Of a stretch of 64,000 bases of DNA, positions 10,144 through 18,894 are shown piece by piece; positions within the stretch are counted from its first letter, which is position 1, and each line of letters begins with the position of its first letter. The notes under the pieces are model-generated. The model was not told the origin of the DNA. It saw only the letters and a program-made list of their open reading frames with translations, and ran no database searches. Source of the DNA: Thermoproteota archaeon (lineage in GTDB: Archaea; Korarchaeota; Korarchaeia; Korarchaeales; JAOZGB01); the NCBI GenBank assembly GCA_037917685.1, contig JAVCBU010000003.1, positions 221,320-285,319 on the forward strand, in the 5' to 3' direction. The translations under genes and the position numbers were made by a program.

Positions 10144-10773
10144 TTGCCGATAGCTTTAAGGATTGTGGGACTTGGGGTCCTTATAGTTTTCACTCTGACG
10201 GCTGTGATGCTTATATCCTACTTCTACGGTAGACATGTGAACTATTCGCTTCAAAGAGGTTACTGGAAGGTCCTATCAGGGGTTGTTAAATCGTATTCCA
10301 AGAAGGTTAGCTATAGAAGTCTCGGTTCTTCGATGTTTCAAGTTTCATTCCCTTGCAATCCGCCGTTAAAAAGGGTTGAGATAACAGTTCTACTTATGGA
10401 TAGAGAATTCTTAACCCATTACATAGCCTCAAGACTTATGGGGAGGAGTGACGAGTTTATTCTCAAGGCTTCTTTCAGTAAAGACCCAGACTTCACCTTT
10501 CAGATAGGCGGAAAGGCAAAGGGAATGGACAGGCTTGAGCCTGGCTGGGTTGGCTTTGAGGTTTATACTGATAATAAAGCTAGAGCCATAAGGCTTCTAG
10601 GAGATAACGAGTTTAGGAGAACTATTAGGAGACTTAAAGGCAGAATTAACCTTCTTGTTATAGGTGAAGGGGTGCCAAACATTCTGGTTAGGTGCAAAGC
10701 CGAATCTGAAGTGGCAAGGCTTATGCTTAGGCTTGCGGAGAGAGCCTCCCACCTAGTGGCATCTAAGGTTTGA
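10144..10773 (+). CDS. N-terminally anchored membrane protein resembling DUF1682/CCDC47
   Basis: Single TM followed by SYFYGRHVN..YW and VEITVLLMDREFL..D.FILKA. Resemblance recognised by eye only. Confidence 0.5.
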   Translation: MPIALRIVGLGVLIVFTLTAVMLISYFYGRHVNYSLQRGYWKVLSGVVKSYSKKVSYRSLGSSMFQVSFPCNPPLKRVEITVLLMDREFLTHYIASRLMGRSDEFILKASFSKDPDFTFQIGGKAKGMDRLEPGWVGFEVYTDNKARAIRLLGDNEFRRTIRRLKGRINLLVIGEGVPNILVRCKAESEVARLMLRLAERASHLVASKV

Positions 10774-11256
10774 AAGGATTCCAATAAAATTTTCTGCTTC
10801 TTCAACTGACATGTCTCCCTCAGCTACTATATCTATTCTTCTAGCCGTCTCCTTGCACATGAATGCTACCTCTATTTTAGTCCATCTTATCATGTCTCCA
10901 AGTAAGAGGTACTTCCTCCTTCCAGCTTTTTTAATAGAGTACCCTGCGTTGTGGCCGTTAATCTTCACAAACCCTGACCTAACAGAATTTCTGGAAGCCT
11001 TAGCCACCCATCTATCCAGGTTAAAACCTAGGATGGGTTCCCTGACCGTTATCTTTACGGCTAAAGGCTTTTCACCCCTTATAATATTGAGTGTAATGTA
11101 GCCCGATGCAACCCACCTATCTCCACCTGTCTCTCTCACGAGTTCAACATCTATATAGCCTGCAGGCCTAATCTGCCATTCTTCAGGTAGGAGGATACTT
11201 ACGAACCTTACCTCTCCAAGGATTGGATTTTTGGCGTCGATGTTAGCTTTCTGCAT
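10753..11256 (-). CDS. Hypothetical protein within the CstA/ArsA cluster
   Basis: 167-aa ORF with ATG start, convergent with and overlapping 10144..10773; ends LRCH. Confidence 0.65.
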   Translation of the reverse strand: MQKANIDAKNPILGEVRFVSILLPEEWQIRPAGYIDVELVRETGGDRWVASGYITLNIIRGEKPLAVKITVREPILGFNLDRWVAKASRNSVRSGFVKINGHNAGYSIKKAGRRKYLLLGDMIRWTKIEVAFMCKETARRIDIVAEGDMSVEEAENFIGILSNLRCH

Positions 11257-11324
11257 TCAATATGGGCATCCTAAATTAAATATTAAAAGTGTGATGTGCC
11301 CAGAATACTCTGGCTTGAAAAGGT

Positions 11325-11579
11325 ATGCTCAGAAGGTTTAAATCAATATTAAGGGATTTCTTCTACGGCTTTGCCGTTCTAACTCCAGTTAAGTCTCTCA
11401 AGAAGGCTAAATTCATAGAGGACTCTGCAATGATGATTGTTGCCCTGGGCGACATGCTTGGTATACCATTTGCGCCGCCGATTTACAAGCTTAGAATTTT
11501 GCCATACTTTATTCCAATGGTCGGATTATGGAAGGAGTACATTTTAAAGGAGAAAGATATAGTGGAGAAGCTCGAATAG
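11325..11579 (+). CDS. Small CstA/ArsA-associated protein (cory-CC-star-like), paralog 1
   Basis: FFYG..MIVALGDMLGIPFAPPIYKLRILPY..WK..KEKDI. Confidence 0.75.
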   Translation: MLRRFKSILRDFFYGFAVLTPVKSLKKAKFIEDSAMMIVALGDMLGIPFAPPIYKLRILPYFIPMVGLWKEYILKEKDIVEKLE

Positions 11580-11642
11580 AAGCTGAAAATTACAAACTTT
11601 TTTAAGCGGTGCTTTCCCCAACTATTAAGTGGTGATTGCAAG

Positions 11643-11930
11643 GTGTTATTCAAAAGGAAAAAGAAGGAGGAGGGGTCTGGAGAGGAGGTTAAGGAGGCTA
11701 TAAAAGGAGTTTTCTATGGTATGGCTTCGCATCAAATGGTTAGATACATGCTTAAGACAAGGATGTACCTTGAGCATCTCTTCATGTTGATAACCCTCGG
11801 CGACATGTTGGGGATACCGATACTTCCTCCTTACTATTCTCTAAAGCTTTTGCCCTATGCCCTACCTAATATTGAAAGTTGGAAGAGGAGGCTTTTCAAG
11901 GAGAGAGACATAACAGACATGCTTTATTAG
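11643..11930 (+). CDS. Small CstA/ArsA-associated protein (cory-CC-star-like), paralog 2
   Basis: VFYG..LFMLITLGDMLGIPILPPYYSLKLLPY..WK..KERDI; clear paralog of 11325..11579. Confidence 0.8.
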   Translation: MLFKRKKKEEGSGEEVKEAIKGVFYGMASHQMVRYMLKTRMYLEHLFMLITLGDMLGIPILPPYYSLKLLPYALPNIESWKRRLFKERDITDMLY

Positions 11931-11939
11931 GGGATAGGT

Positions 11940-12944
11940 ATGCCCGTATCCCTACCCGAATTTCTTAGAGAAAACCCGGACATTAAGATAATAGTCTATG
12001 CAGGCAAGGGGGGCCTAGGAAAAACCACCTGTAGTGCCGCAACAGCCTACTGGTTCGCCAAGCAGGGGAGAAAGCCCCTATGCTTTAGTACAGATCCCCA
12101 GGCTTCCCTAAGCGACATATTTGAAAGAGATATCTTTGGGAAAGGCGTCGTGGAAATCATACCCAACCTCTACGTTGTAGAGATAGACGCTGACCGGAGA
12201 ATCTCCGAGTTCCAGGATGAGATCAGAAAGCAGATAAAGGAGATGTACGGGTTAGAAGAGGTTCCGGGGGAGATTGAAGAGTATATCAAGACGTCTGCCT
12301 ATGAGCCCGCGATGCATGAATCTGCAACCTATGATGCAATGGCAGACCTAGTCGCTAGTGGGAAGTATAATCCCTATATTTTCGACATGCCGCCCTTCGG
12401 CCACGGGGTTAGGATGATCTCAATGGCTCAGATACTTGACGCATGGATTGACAAGATGGAAGAGACCAGGAAGAAGGCTGCCGAATATGCTGCAGCAGCT
12501 GCTAAGCTTAGGGGAATCTCATCTGAAACCGAGGACGCTGTTATAAGGGAGCTTACATCTATTAGGGAAAAGCTTGACTTCTTCAGGGACATGCTCACAA
12601 ATGAGAGAACCTGCGCGTTCTTCATGGTTCTAATACCAGAAAAAATGGCTATACTCGACACCAAGAGGGCTCTAGAAATGTTTAGGAAGCTTAAAATAAG
12701 GCTTAGCGGTGTGATTGTCAACCAGGTTTACCCTCCAGAACTACTTGAAAGGAGAGACATAACCGACTTTCTAAGGAGAAGAATTGAAATGCAACAGAGA
12801 TATATGAAGGTTATTAACAGGGAGCTCGGGGAGTACGTCAGGGCTGTAATACCAATGTTCGACAGGGAGCCGAAGGGGATAGATATGATTGCAAAGGTTG
12901 CCGAGCACATGTTTGAAAAGCCAGGTTTGGAGGTGTTTGAGTAG
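11940..12944 (+). CDS. arsA: TRC40/GET3/ArsA family ATPase (catalytic motifs intact)
   Basis: GKGGLGKTT deviant Walker A, STDPQASLSD Switch I, FDMPPFGH Switch II, VIVNQV. Confidence 0.92.
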   Translation: MPVSLPEFLRENPDIKIIVYAGKGGLGKTTCSAATAYWFAKQGRKPLCFSTDPQASLSDIFERDIFGKGVVEIIPNLYVVEIDADRRISEFQDEIRKQIKEMYGLEEVPGEIEEYIKTSAYEPAMHESATYDAMADLVASGKYNPYIFDMPPFGHGVRMISMAQILDAWIDKMEETRKKAAEYAAAAAKLRGISSETEDAVIRELTSIREKLDFFRDMLTNERTCAFFMVLIPEKMAILDTKRALEMFRKLKIRLSGVIVNQVYPPELLERRDITDFLRRRIEMQQRYMKVINRELGEYVRAVIPMFDREPKGIDMIAKVAEHMFEKPGLEVFE

Positions 12945-13960
12945 TGTCAGGCCATGTAACCTTTAAGATGTTTATCGAGCAAAACCCCACGGTTAAATAC
13001 CTCTTTACGGGGGGCAAAGGAGGGGTTGGAAAGACCATAGTGGCTGCTGGTATAGCCGCCTATTTTGCCGAAACCGGGAGAAAGACTCTTATAGCATCCC
13101 TTAACCCGGTACACTCCCTTTCAAGCCTTTTTGAGCAAGACCTCTCCGGGGGAGTTATAAAGGAAGTCTCAGGCATCGACAACCTATATGCGATTGAAGT
13201 CGACATCACAGACAGGGTTAGAAGGTATAAAGAACAGCTTACCGAGAGGCTAAGATGGTTCCTAAAGTGGGCTGACATCTCTGTAAAGGCCGACGAGTTC
13301 ATAGAGATAGCTTCAACTAACCCAGCATTTGAGGAGAGCGCCATGTTCGACGAAACCATAGATATAATGCTCAGAGAGGGTAAAAACTTTGACAAGATAG
13401 TTTTCGACTGCGCGGCCGTCGCAAACGCTGTGAGGCTTCTAGGACTTAACAAGATATATGGAATGTGGCTTAAGAGGATGATTAAGAGCAGGAAAGAAGC
13501 TTTGTCCCTAAGGGTTAAACTCTCATTCAGGAAGGATAAGGTTATGGAGGAGATAAAGAAAGACCCAATGATGGCGGATCTAATAGAGATGAACAGGAAG
13601 ATAACAGAGGCGTCAGGCATCTTCGGGAATCCCAAGCAAACAGCATTCTTCTTCGTAACTCTACCATTATCTCTCCCAATCTCCGTGGTTGAGAGGTTTA
13701 TAAGGATGGTTCAAGGTTTCAACATAGCAGTAGGCGGGGTTATAGTAAACGGAGTGCTTAGGAGGGAGCTTGCTGAGAAGGGAACAGAATATCTTAAGAA
13801 TAAATATGAGGAGCAGAGAAGATACATGGAGATCATAAGAGAGAAAATGTGGCCTATGGTTAGAGCTGTAATACCGCTTTATGAGACCGAAATAGTCGGT
13901 GTAAGAATGGTTAAAAGAATCGCCAGCGATCTGGCATCCTGGACTCCAGAGAAGATGTAG
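12944..13960 (+). CDS. arsA: TRC40/GET3/ArsA family ATPase with degenerate Switch I/II
   Basis: GKGGVGKTI, SLNPVHSL (Asp->Asn), FDCAAVANAVRLL; GTG start overlaps the upstream TAG. Confidence 0.9.
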   Translation: MSGHVTFKMFIEQNPTVKYLFTGGKGGVGKTIVAAGIAAYFAETGRKTLIASLNPVHSLSSLFEQDLSGGVIKEVSGIDNLYAIEVDITDRVRRYKEQLTERLRWFLKWADISVKADEFIEIASTNPAFEESAMFDETIDIMLREGKNFDKIVFDCAAVANAVRLLGLNKIYGMWLKRMIKSRKEALSLRVKLSFRKDKVMEEIKKDPMMADLIEMNRKITEASGIFGNPKQTAFFFVTLPLSLPISVVERFIRMVQGFNIAVGGVIVNGVLRRELAEKGTEYLKNKYEEQRRYMEIIREKMWPMVRAVIPLYETEIVGVRMVKRIASDLASWTPEKM

Positions 13961-14100
13961 AGCGTAGACATGCAATATTTCACGTTCCTAAACCCTATTT
14001 CTACACACAAAGGTAACAGGTAATTTAACAATACATCTTCACCTCCTAGGAGGTGAGAATCTATTTAGGATAGAATCCACTATTTAACTTTCATGGTTAT

Positions 14101-15072
14101 ATGAACTCCGGGAAAATTCTCGTCGCCGGCGCCGGACCTGCAGGTCTTAGCTGTGCCTACAATGCCTCTATAAAAGGCTATAAAGTCCACCTTTTAGAGA
14201 AGAGAGGCACCCTAGCCTACAAGCCTTGCGGCGGGGCCGTACCTGAAGAGGCTTTTAAATACATCCCATTCGCGGGCAAAAAGTTTATACTGAATCGTAT
14301 AGTTAGATGTAGGCTTACTATCCGCTGGAAGACTGTTAAGATTATTGAGGGTGAAACCTCCGGCTATATTATAGATAAGAGAACCCTCCTGGAAGAGCTA
14401 TTATGCGCCGCGGAAGCTGAGGGGTGTAAGGTAAGCCTGAACAAGAGGGCAAAACCGTCCATGGCAGAGGACTACGACCTGGTAGTTGACGCTACAGGGC
14501 ATGAGAGGGCTCTAGCCCTACAGATGGGTGTAGACTACTCGGGTTACAAGCTTATACCAGCCTGCCAGCTATACTGTAGGGGGCAGGGTCCTGATGAAGA
14601 TGAGATTTGGGTTGAAATAGTAGCCTACGGCTACCTCTGGGTGTTCCCACATGGAGGCGTATACAATGCTGGGATAGGAGGCTTCTCAAGTCCAACCATC
14701 CTAAGAAGGATACTCCTGTCGAGGCTTGAGGAGGCCGGTTTAAAACCACTGTCGAAGCCGAGATTTTCAGCCTTGTCTGTTGGAGGCGTTATAAAAACAT
14801 TGAAGGCCGGAAGACTTATAATTATTGGGGAAGCCGCAGGCATGGTTATGCCATCGGTCGGTGAGGGGATAAGATATGCTCTTTACTCAGGGAAGATATG
14901 CCTCCGAGACTACCGTGAGAGATGGGAGGCGGAATACGGTTCCAGGTTTAGAAAGGCTCAAATGCTTCTAAAAATGCTACTATTAATGCCTGGGAGAATG
15001 AGGGTTAAAGCGATGAAGTACATGCCCATCCCGATACTAAAACTTTTCTACCAGGGAGCCCTCTCCAGCTAG
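14101..15072 (+). CDS. Geranylgeranyl reductase-like FAD-dependent oxidoreductase
   Basis: GAGPAGLSCA, KPCGGA, VVDATG, GYLWVFP, GEAAGMVMPSVGEGIRYA. Confidence 0.85.
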   Translation: MNSGKILVAGAGPAGLSCAYNASIKGYKVHLLEKRGTLAYKPCGGAVPEEAFKYIPFAGKKFILNRIVRCRLTIRWKTVKIIEGETSGYIIDKRTLLEELLCAAEAEGCKVSLNKRAKPSMAEDYDLVVDATGHERALALQMGVDYSGYKLIPACQLYCRGQGPDEDEIWVEIVAYGYLWVFPHGGVYNAGIGGFSSPTILRRILLSRLEEAGLKPLSKPRFSALSVGGVIKTLKAGRLIIIGEAAGMVMPSVGEGIRYALYSGKICLRDYRERWEAEYGSRFRKAQMLLKMLLLMPGRMRVKAMKYMPIPILKLFYQGALSS

Positions 15073-15163
15073 CATGTTCCAAATTTTAAACCTGTTCCAG
15101 ATAGTTTTATTTTTGGTTCATATGGTAAATTCTAATATGAAATCAGCGTACAATAATGTTAAA

Positions 15164-17326
15164 ATGAAATTTACGGTCTATGATGCCATCGCAGCTATCA
15201 TAGTCATAGCCCATCTCTCACTATTAACAATGGGAAGTGCCGGGCTCCCGACAGGTTGGGATACACCGTACCATCTTCTAATGGGGAAAATGTACGCTGA
15301 CTACGGTAGGGTTACTCTGTGGGACTACTACGAGTACGCCCCTGTTGGGAGGCCCCAGGTCTATCCGCCGCTCCTCCACGTTATAATTTGGTGGGTGCAC
15401 AGCCTTACAGGGGTGGGCTACATATCGATCGGCAGGTTCTTTGCAGTAGTCCAGTTCCCCCTGGCTCTGCTTTCAATATACTATTATGTAAGAAGAATAT
15501 TCGGGTGCCCCGAAGCCCTGTACAGCCTTATAACCCTCTCGTCTATTTCCATGTTTTGGATGTGGGAGGTAACCGTTGCCCCGACTGCGGTGCTTGTGAT
15601 ACTTTTCCCCGCATTCCTGTACTACTTTTACAAGAAAAGCCTCATACCCTCAACCCTGATACTTGTATGTGCATTTTACATGCATCTGGGGATGCCCATC
15701 GTATTTGTAGCTTCAGCCATCATGATAAGCCTGCTTGCTGCAGCTAAGAAAGTTGGATACTGGAGCTTCCTAGCAAAGTGTTTAGGGATAGCCCTGCTTT
15801 TGTATCTACCATGGCTTATCCACGTATTAAAGAACCTTGAATACATACACGCCAGAATGATGGTCCACGGGTTCCAAGGTATAGCTTTAGGTTTCATTGC
15901 TGGAAACCTGGTATACCTGGTGTTAACGTTCGCAGGCCTTATAATTTCAATAGTAGAATATGGGAGGGGAACCCTAAAGTATCTTGTCCCGATAGCTGGC
16001 TTCATAGGGTTCCTTCCGACGTTCTCCTACGGGGCAAGATACTTCCTCCACTCACCTGTTGCAAACTCTATCCTTGCAGGAATAGCCGCTGCATGGGCTG
16101 TTAGAAAAGCTAGGCGGAGGCTTGCAGGGTGGGAGGGGAAAGCCCTAGCTGCAGCGATAATAATGGTGGTCTCCCTTCAGGCCGTGTGCGAGCCAACCCT
16201 AGGCTTAAGAAGGCCTTTCCAGAAGACGCCGAGACATCAGGGTAAGCGTTGCTCTTCACCCCTTCTGTCAGAGATTATGATGGCAAGTGGCGCTATGCCA
16301 AGCGACCCTTGGAGATTCTCATGTTCAGACCCGGATCTGCTAGCCCTCTCCGACTGGATAAGGGAGAACATCCCCGAGGATGAAATCCTCCACGTAAACA
16401 TGGGGGCTGTAGCAGCTTATATCACACTAACCACAGGCAGGCTGACAGACAGCGGAATGTACGGTGAGGTTAGAACAGAGGAGATGATGGCCGCGATACA
16501 TCAGGGTAGGAAGTCCGGGATATTCGTCTTCACTCCCTACGGGCCAGGAGGCAGGAGGATACCGGCAAACCTACATGGTAAGGAGCTCTTCCAGTCAGGC
16601 CCATACAAGGTTATAGAGATCTACCAGCCTGAACATGCAGACCTGACCTTGCTTAAAGGAAAGGTAAATATAAGCTGGGTATCCATAGCGGCAGGAAAGC
16701 CTGGGGATCTTGAAAACGCTAAAACACTACTTGAACAGCTGAACTATAAGTCAGTCGTAGTAGTGGTTCCCCAGGACAGGGTCAACAAGAGAAACCTACG
16801 CTTTATATCCGAAGTTTTCCAAGGGTACAATCTCGCCATGGAAATATTCGTCACAGACTGGGGCACCCTCCAAGACGTGTTAAGCCAGGTGAAGGCCAGC
16901 GGTATATCTAAAGTCATCCTATTAGTAACCCAGGACACACTCCCAGCCGGGGACCCAGCACAGGCTAGGGAAATGGTGGAAAGCGTGGGAGTTCAGATTT
17001 ACTACTCAATAGCTGGACCGCCCCTTGTCGACCCAGGATGGGACAGGCCTAGACTAAGAAGCTTTCTTGAAGGGGGAAACGTTATAGTACATATTCCAGC
17101 GCTTCCTGTCCTCGCTGATATTCTTGAGGCGGACCTGCAGGTCCTCGGCGATTGGGACTGTAACATCAAGGTTCAGGTGGACCTTGTTAAGGACAAGCCC
17201 CTAAGGGAAGATGTTCTGGCAAATACCCTAAGCCAGGCTTCCTGGTTCGACGTGGAATTAGGGGTAGGTATACCTGGAGACATGCTGTATCAAGCCCTGG
17301 ACATGATAAGCATTCTGCTAGGGTAG
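15164..17326 (+). CDS. Polytopic GT-C-type (PMT/STT3-like) membrane glycosyltransferase with a C-terminal soluble domain
   Basis: GWDTPYH after TM1, WDYYEYAPVGRPQVYPPLLH, about 11-12 TM segments, then LSDWIRENIPEDE. Confidence 0.6.
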   Translation: MKFTVYDAIAAIIVIAHLSLLTMGSAGLPTGWDTPYHLLMGKMYADYGRVTLWDYYEYAPVGRPQVYPPLLHVIIWWVHSLTGVGYISIGRFFAVVQFPLALLSIYYYVRRIFGCPEALYSLITLSSISMFWMWEVTVAPTAVLVILFPAFLYYFYKKSLIPSTLILVCAFYMHLGMPIVFVASAIMISLLAAAKKVGYWSFLAKCLGIALLLYLPWLIHVLKNLEYIHARMMVHGFQGIALGFIAGNLVYLVLTFAGLIISIVEYGRGTLKYLVPIAGFIGFLPTFSYGARYFLHSPVANSILAGIAAAWAVRKARRRLAGWEGKALAAAIIMVVSLQAVCEPTLGLRRPFQKTPRHQGKRCSSPLLSEIMMASGAMPSDPWRFSCSDPDLLALSDWIRENIPEDEILHVNMGAVAAYITLTTGRLTDSGMYGEVRTEEMMAAIHQGRKSGIFVFTPYGPGGRRIPANLHGKELFQSGPYKVIEIYQPEHADLTLLKGKVNISWVSIAAGKPGDLENAKTLLEQLNYKSVVVVVPQDRVNKRNLRFISEVFQGYNLAMEIFVTDWGTLQDVLSQVKASGISKVILLVTQDTLPAGDPAQAREMVESVGVQIYYSIAGPPLVDPGWDRPRLRSFLEGGNVIVHIPALPVLADILEADLQVLGDWDCNIKVQVDLVKDKPLREDVLANTLSQASWFDVELGVGIPGDMLYQALDMISILLG

Positions 17327-17332
17327 CCAGCG

Positions 17333-18199
17333 ATGATAACCACAATAATACTTGCAGGTGGGCTTAGCAGAAGGTTCAATCTTAGAGACAAGCTTACATA
17401 TAAGTTGGAAGGAAAAACCCTGATAGAGCACACCGTAGAAGCCGCGTCCGAGATTTCCGACGAGATAGTGGTCACCGTAGACAACAGTAGAAGACTGGAG
17501 AAGTACAAGGGAATCCTAGGCATGCATGATGTTACCTTCGCAGTAGACGACTCCTCAAAGGAGAGGACACCCATGAGGGGCATAATAGCGGGGGTTAAAG
17601 CCTCCCAAGGAGACGCCATAATAGTAATCCCGGGGGATGCTGTCCATATTAAAGGGGAAACACTGAGGCAACTTGTGGAGCCTTTAAAACACGGCTTTAA
17701 GGCTGTATCACCGATTGCTCCCAACGGCGATGTTGAAACCCTTTTCCAAGCTGTCGATGCAGGAGAAGCCAGGGTAAACGCTGACCTGCTTGGCAGGTAC
17801 GGGTGGAGAAGAGCTGACGGACTGCTCAGGCTATCGGAGAGTCAGTTATACATAGCCTTCGAGGACTACTGCCAGTTTAAAACGATTAACAAGCCTGAAG
17901 ACTTGAAAGCAGCGGATAACCCGCCCCCTCCCCTAGGCGAATCATATGTGAAAGCCGTGCAGAAGGAGAGGAGAATAAGCATCTCAGACGTGGAACCTGA
18001 TCTCTACTGGGTTGAAAAGCTCGTTGAACATGGAGAATACTTCCTAGCAGGAGTGCTCTCTATGGTGATACTTGGGGAGGCCGTAGCCCCGGGGGTTGAA
18101 GCATTTCGGAGAGAAGCTGCAAGATACTTAGACGCAGGCATAATAATGTTCGTGAGGCACGCCCTAAAAGATGCACTCTGGCTTCAAAGACAGGTTTAA
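17333..18199 (+). CDS. mobA: MobA-like molybdenum cofactor guanylyltransferase/NTP transferase
   Basis: IILAGGLSRRF..DKL, PMRGIIAG, IPGD, INKPEDL. Confidence 0.75.
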   Translation: MITTIILAGGLSRRFNLRDKLTYKLEGKTLIEHTVEAASEISDEIVVTVDNSRRLEKYKGILGMHDVTFAVDDSSKERTPMRGIIAGVKASQGDAIIVIPGDAVHIKGETLRQLVEPLKHGFKAVSPIAPNGDVETLFQAVDAGEARVNADLLGRYGWRRADGLLRLSESQLYIAFEDYCQFKTINKPEDLKAADNPPPPLGESYVKAVQKERRISISDVEPDLYWVEKLVEHGEYFLAGVLSMVILGEAVAPGVEAFRREAARYLDAGIIMFVRHALKDALWLQRQV

Positions 18200-18204
18200 A
18201 ACTA

Positions 18205-18360
18205 TCATGCCCTCTTAATAAGTTTTTTGAAATGGTCTAGTGCCTCCTCAACGGTCAGCACGTCACCAGGCATTCCGTACTCCTGTAGCTTCTGCGCAAG
18301 CATAGTTATATGGGGAGGCTTAATATACGCCTTCCTCAATATATCTACCTGCCTGAACAC
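18205..18360 (-). pseudogene. C-terminal remnant of an ECF ATPase (EcfA')
   Basis: Reads VFRQVDILRKAYIKPPHITMLAQKLQEYGMPGDVLTVEEALD..., resembling the tail of 21816..22649 (LTPPQITLLAQRV); in frame after the TAG of the truncated ecfT. Confidence 0.75.
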
Positions 18361-18870
18361 CTAAAGACCTATAGACCTCAGGGCAAGCCCAGCCATATAA
18401 CAAAGGGAGAAGGGAACCTTGAGTGACCTTAAGCCCACTACAACATCCCTCTCCCTCGTGGTGCTAAGGAAGAAGATGATTATCAGGATGGCGAATATAA
18501 GCCTAATATAAACCATCATTGCCCACCTAAGGTTCTCCCAGCAAATCTTTATAGGGCCAATCTCAACCAGAACCCTATACTCAGGCCTATACCCCCCGAA
18601 AAATGTGTAGGCGATAGCAAGGACGAAGAACAGGTTGATAAACGCAAGCTTATAATTCTTAATAATCCTGAGGTCAACCTTCCCATACTTAAAAATAGCA
18701 AACATAAACAGAATCCCAACAACATTCAGCTCAGGAATCTCCACGAGCATAGGATAGGCGCTTACAACAAGCAAGAATAAAAGCCGCGTCAAGGGGTGAA
18801 GCATTAAAATAGGTGACTCCTCAGGCAAGTATCCAAGAAGGCTTCTCTTCATCTTACCCATATGAAACAC
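18361..18870 (-). pseudogene. ecfT: 3'-truncated ECF transmembrane component T
   Basis: ESPILMLHPLTRL..LSTT..GLRSLKVP..GLALR; stops before the conserved ARG motifs. Confidence 0.8.
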
Positions 18871-18894
18871 CTGCTAAAGAAAAATAGGGGGGAT

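Noticed and set aside
11940-13960. Arsenite-resistance operon
   Set aside because: No arsB/acr3/arsC/arsD/arsR nearby, single-domain ATPases, and a CstA context.
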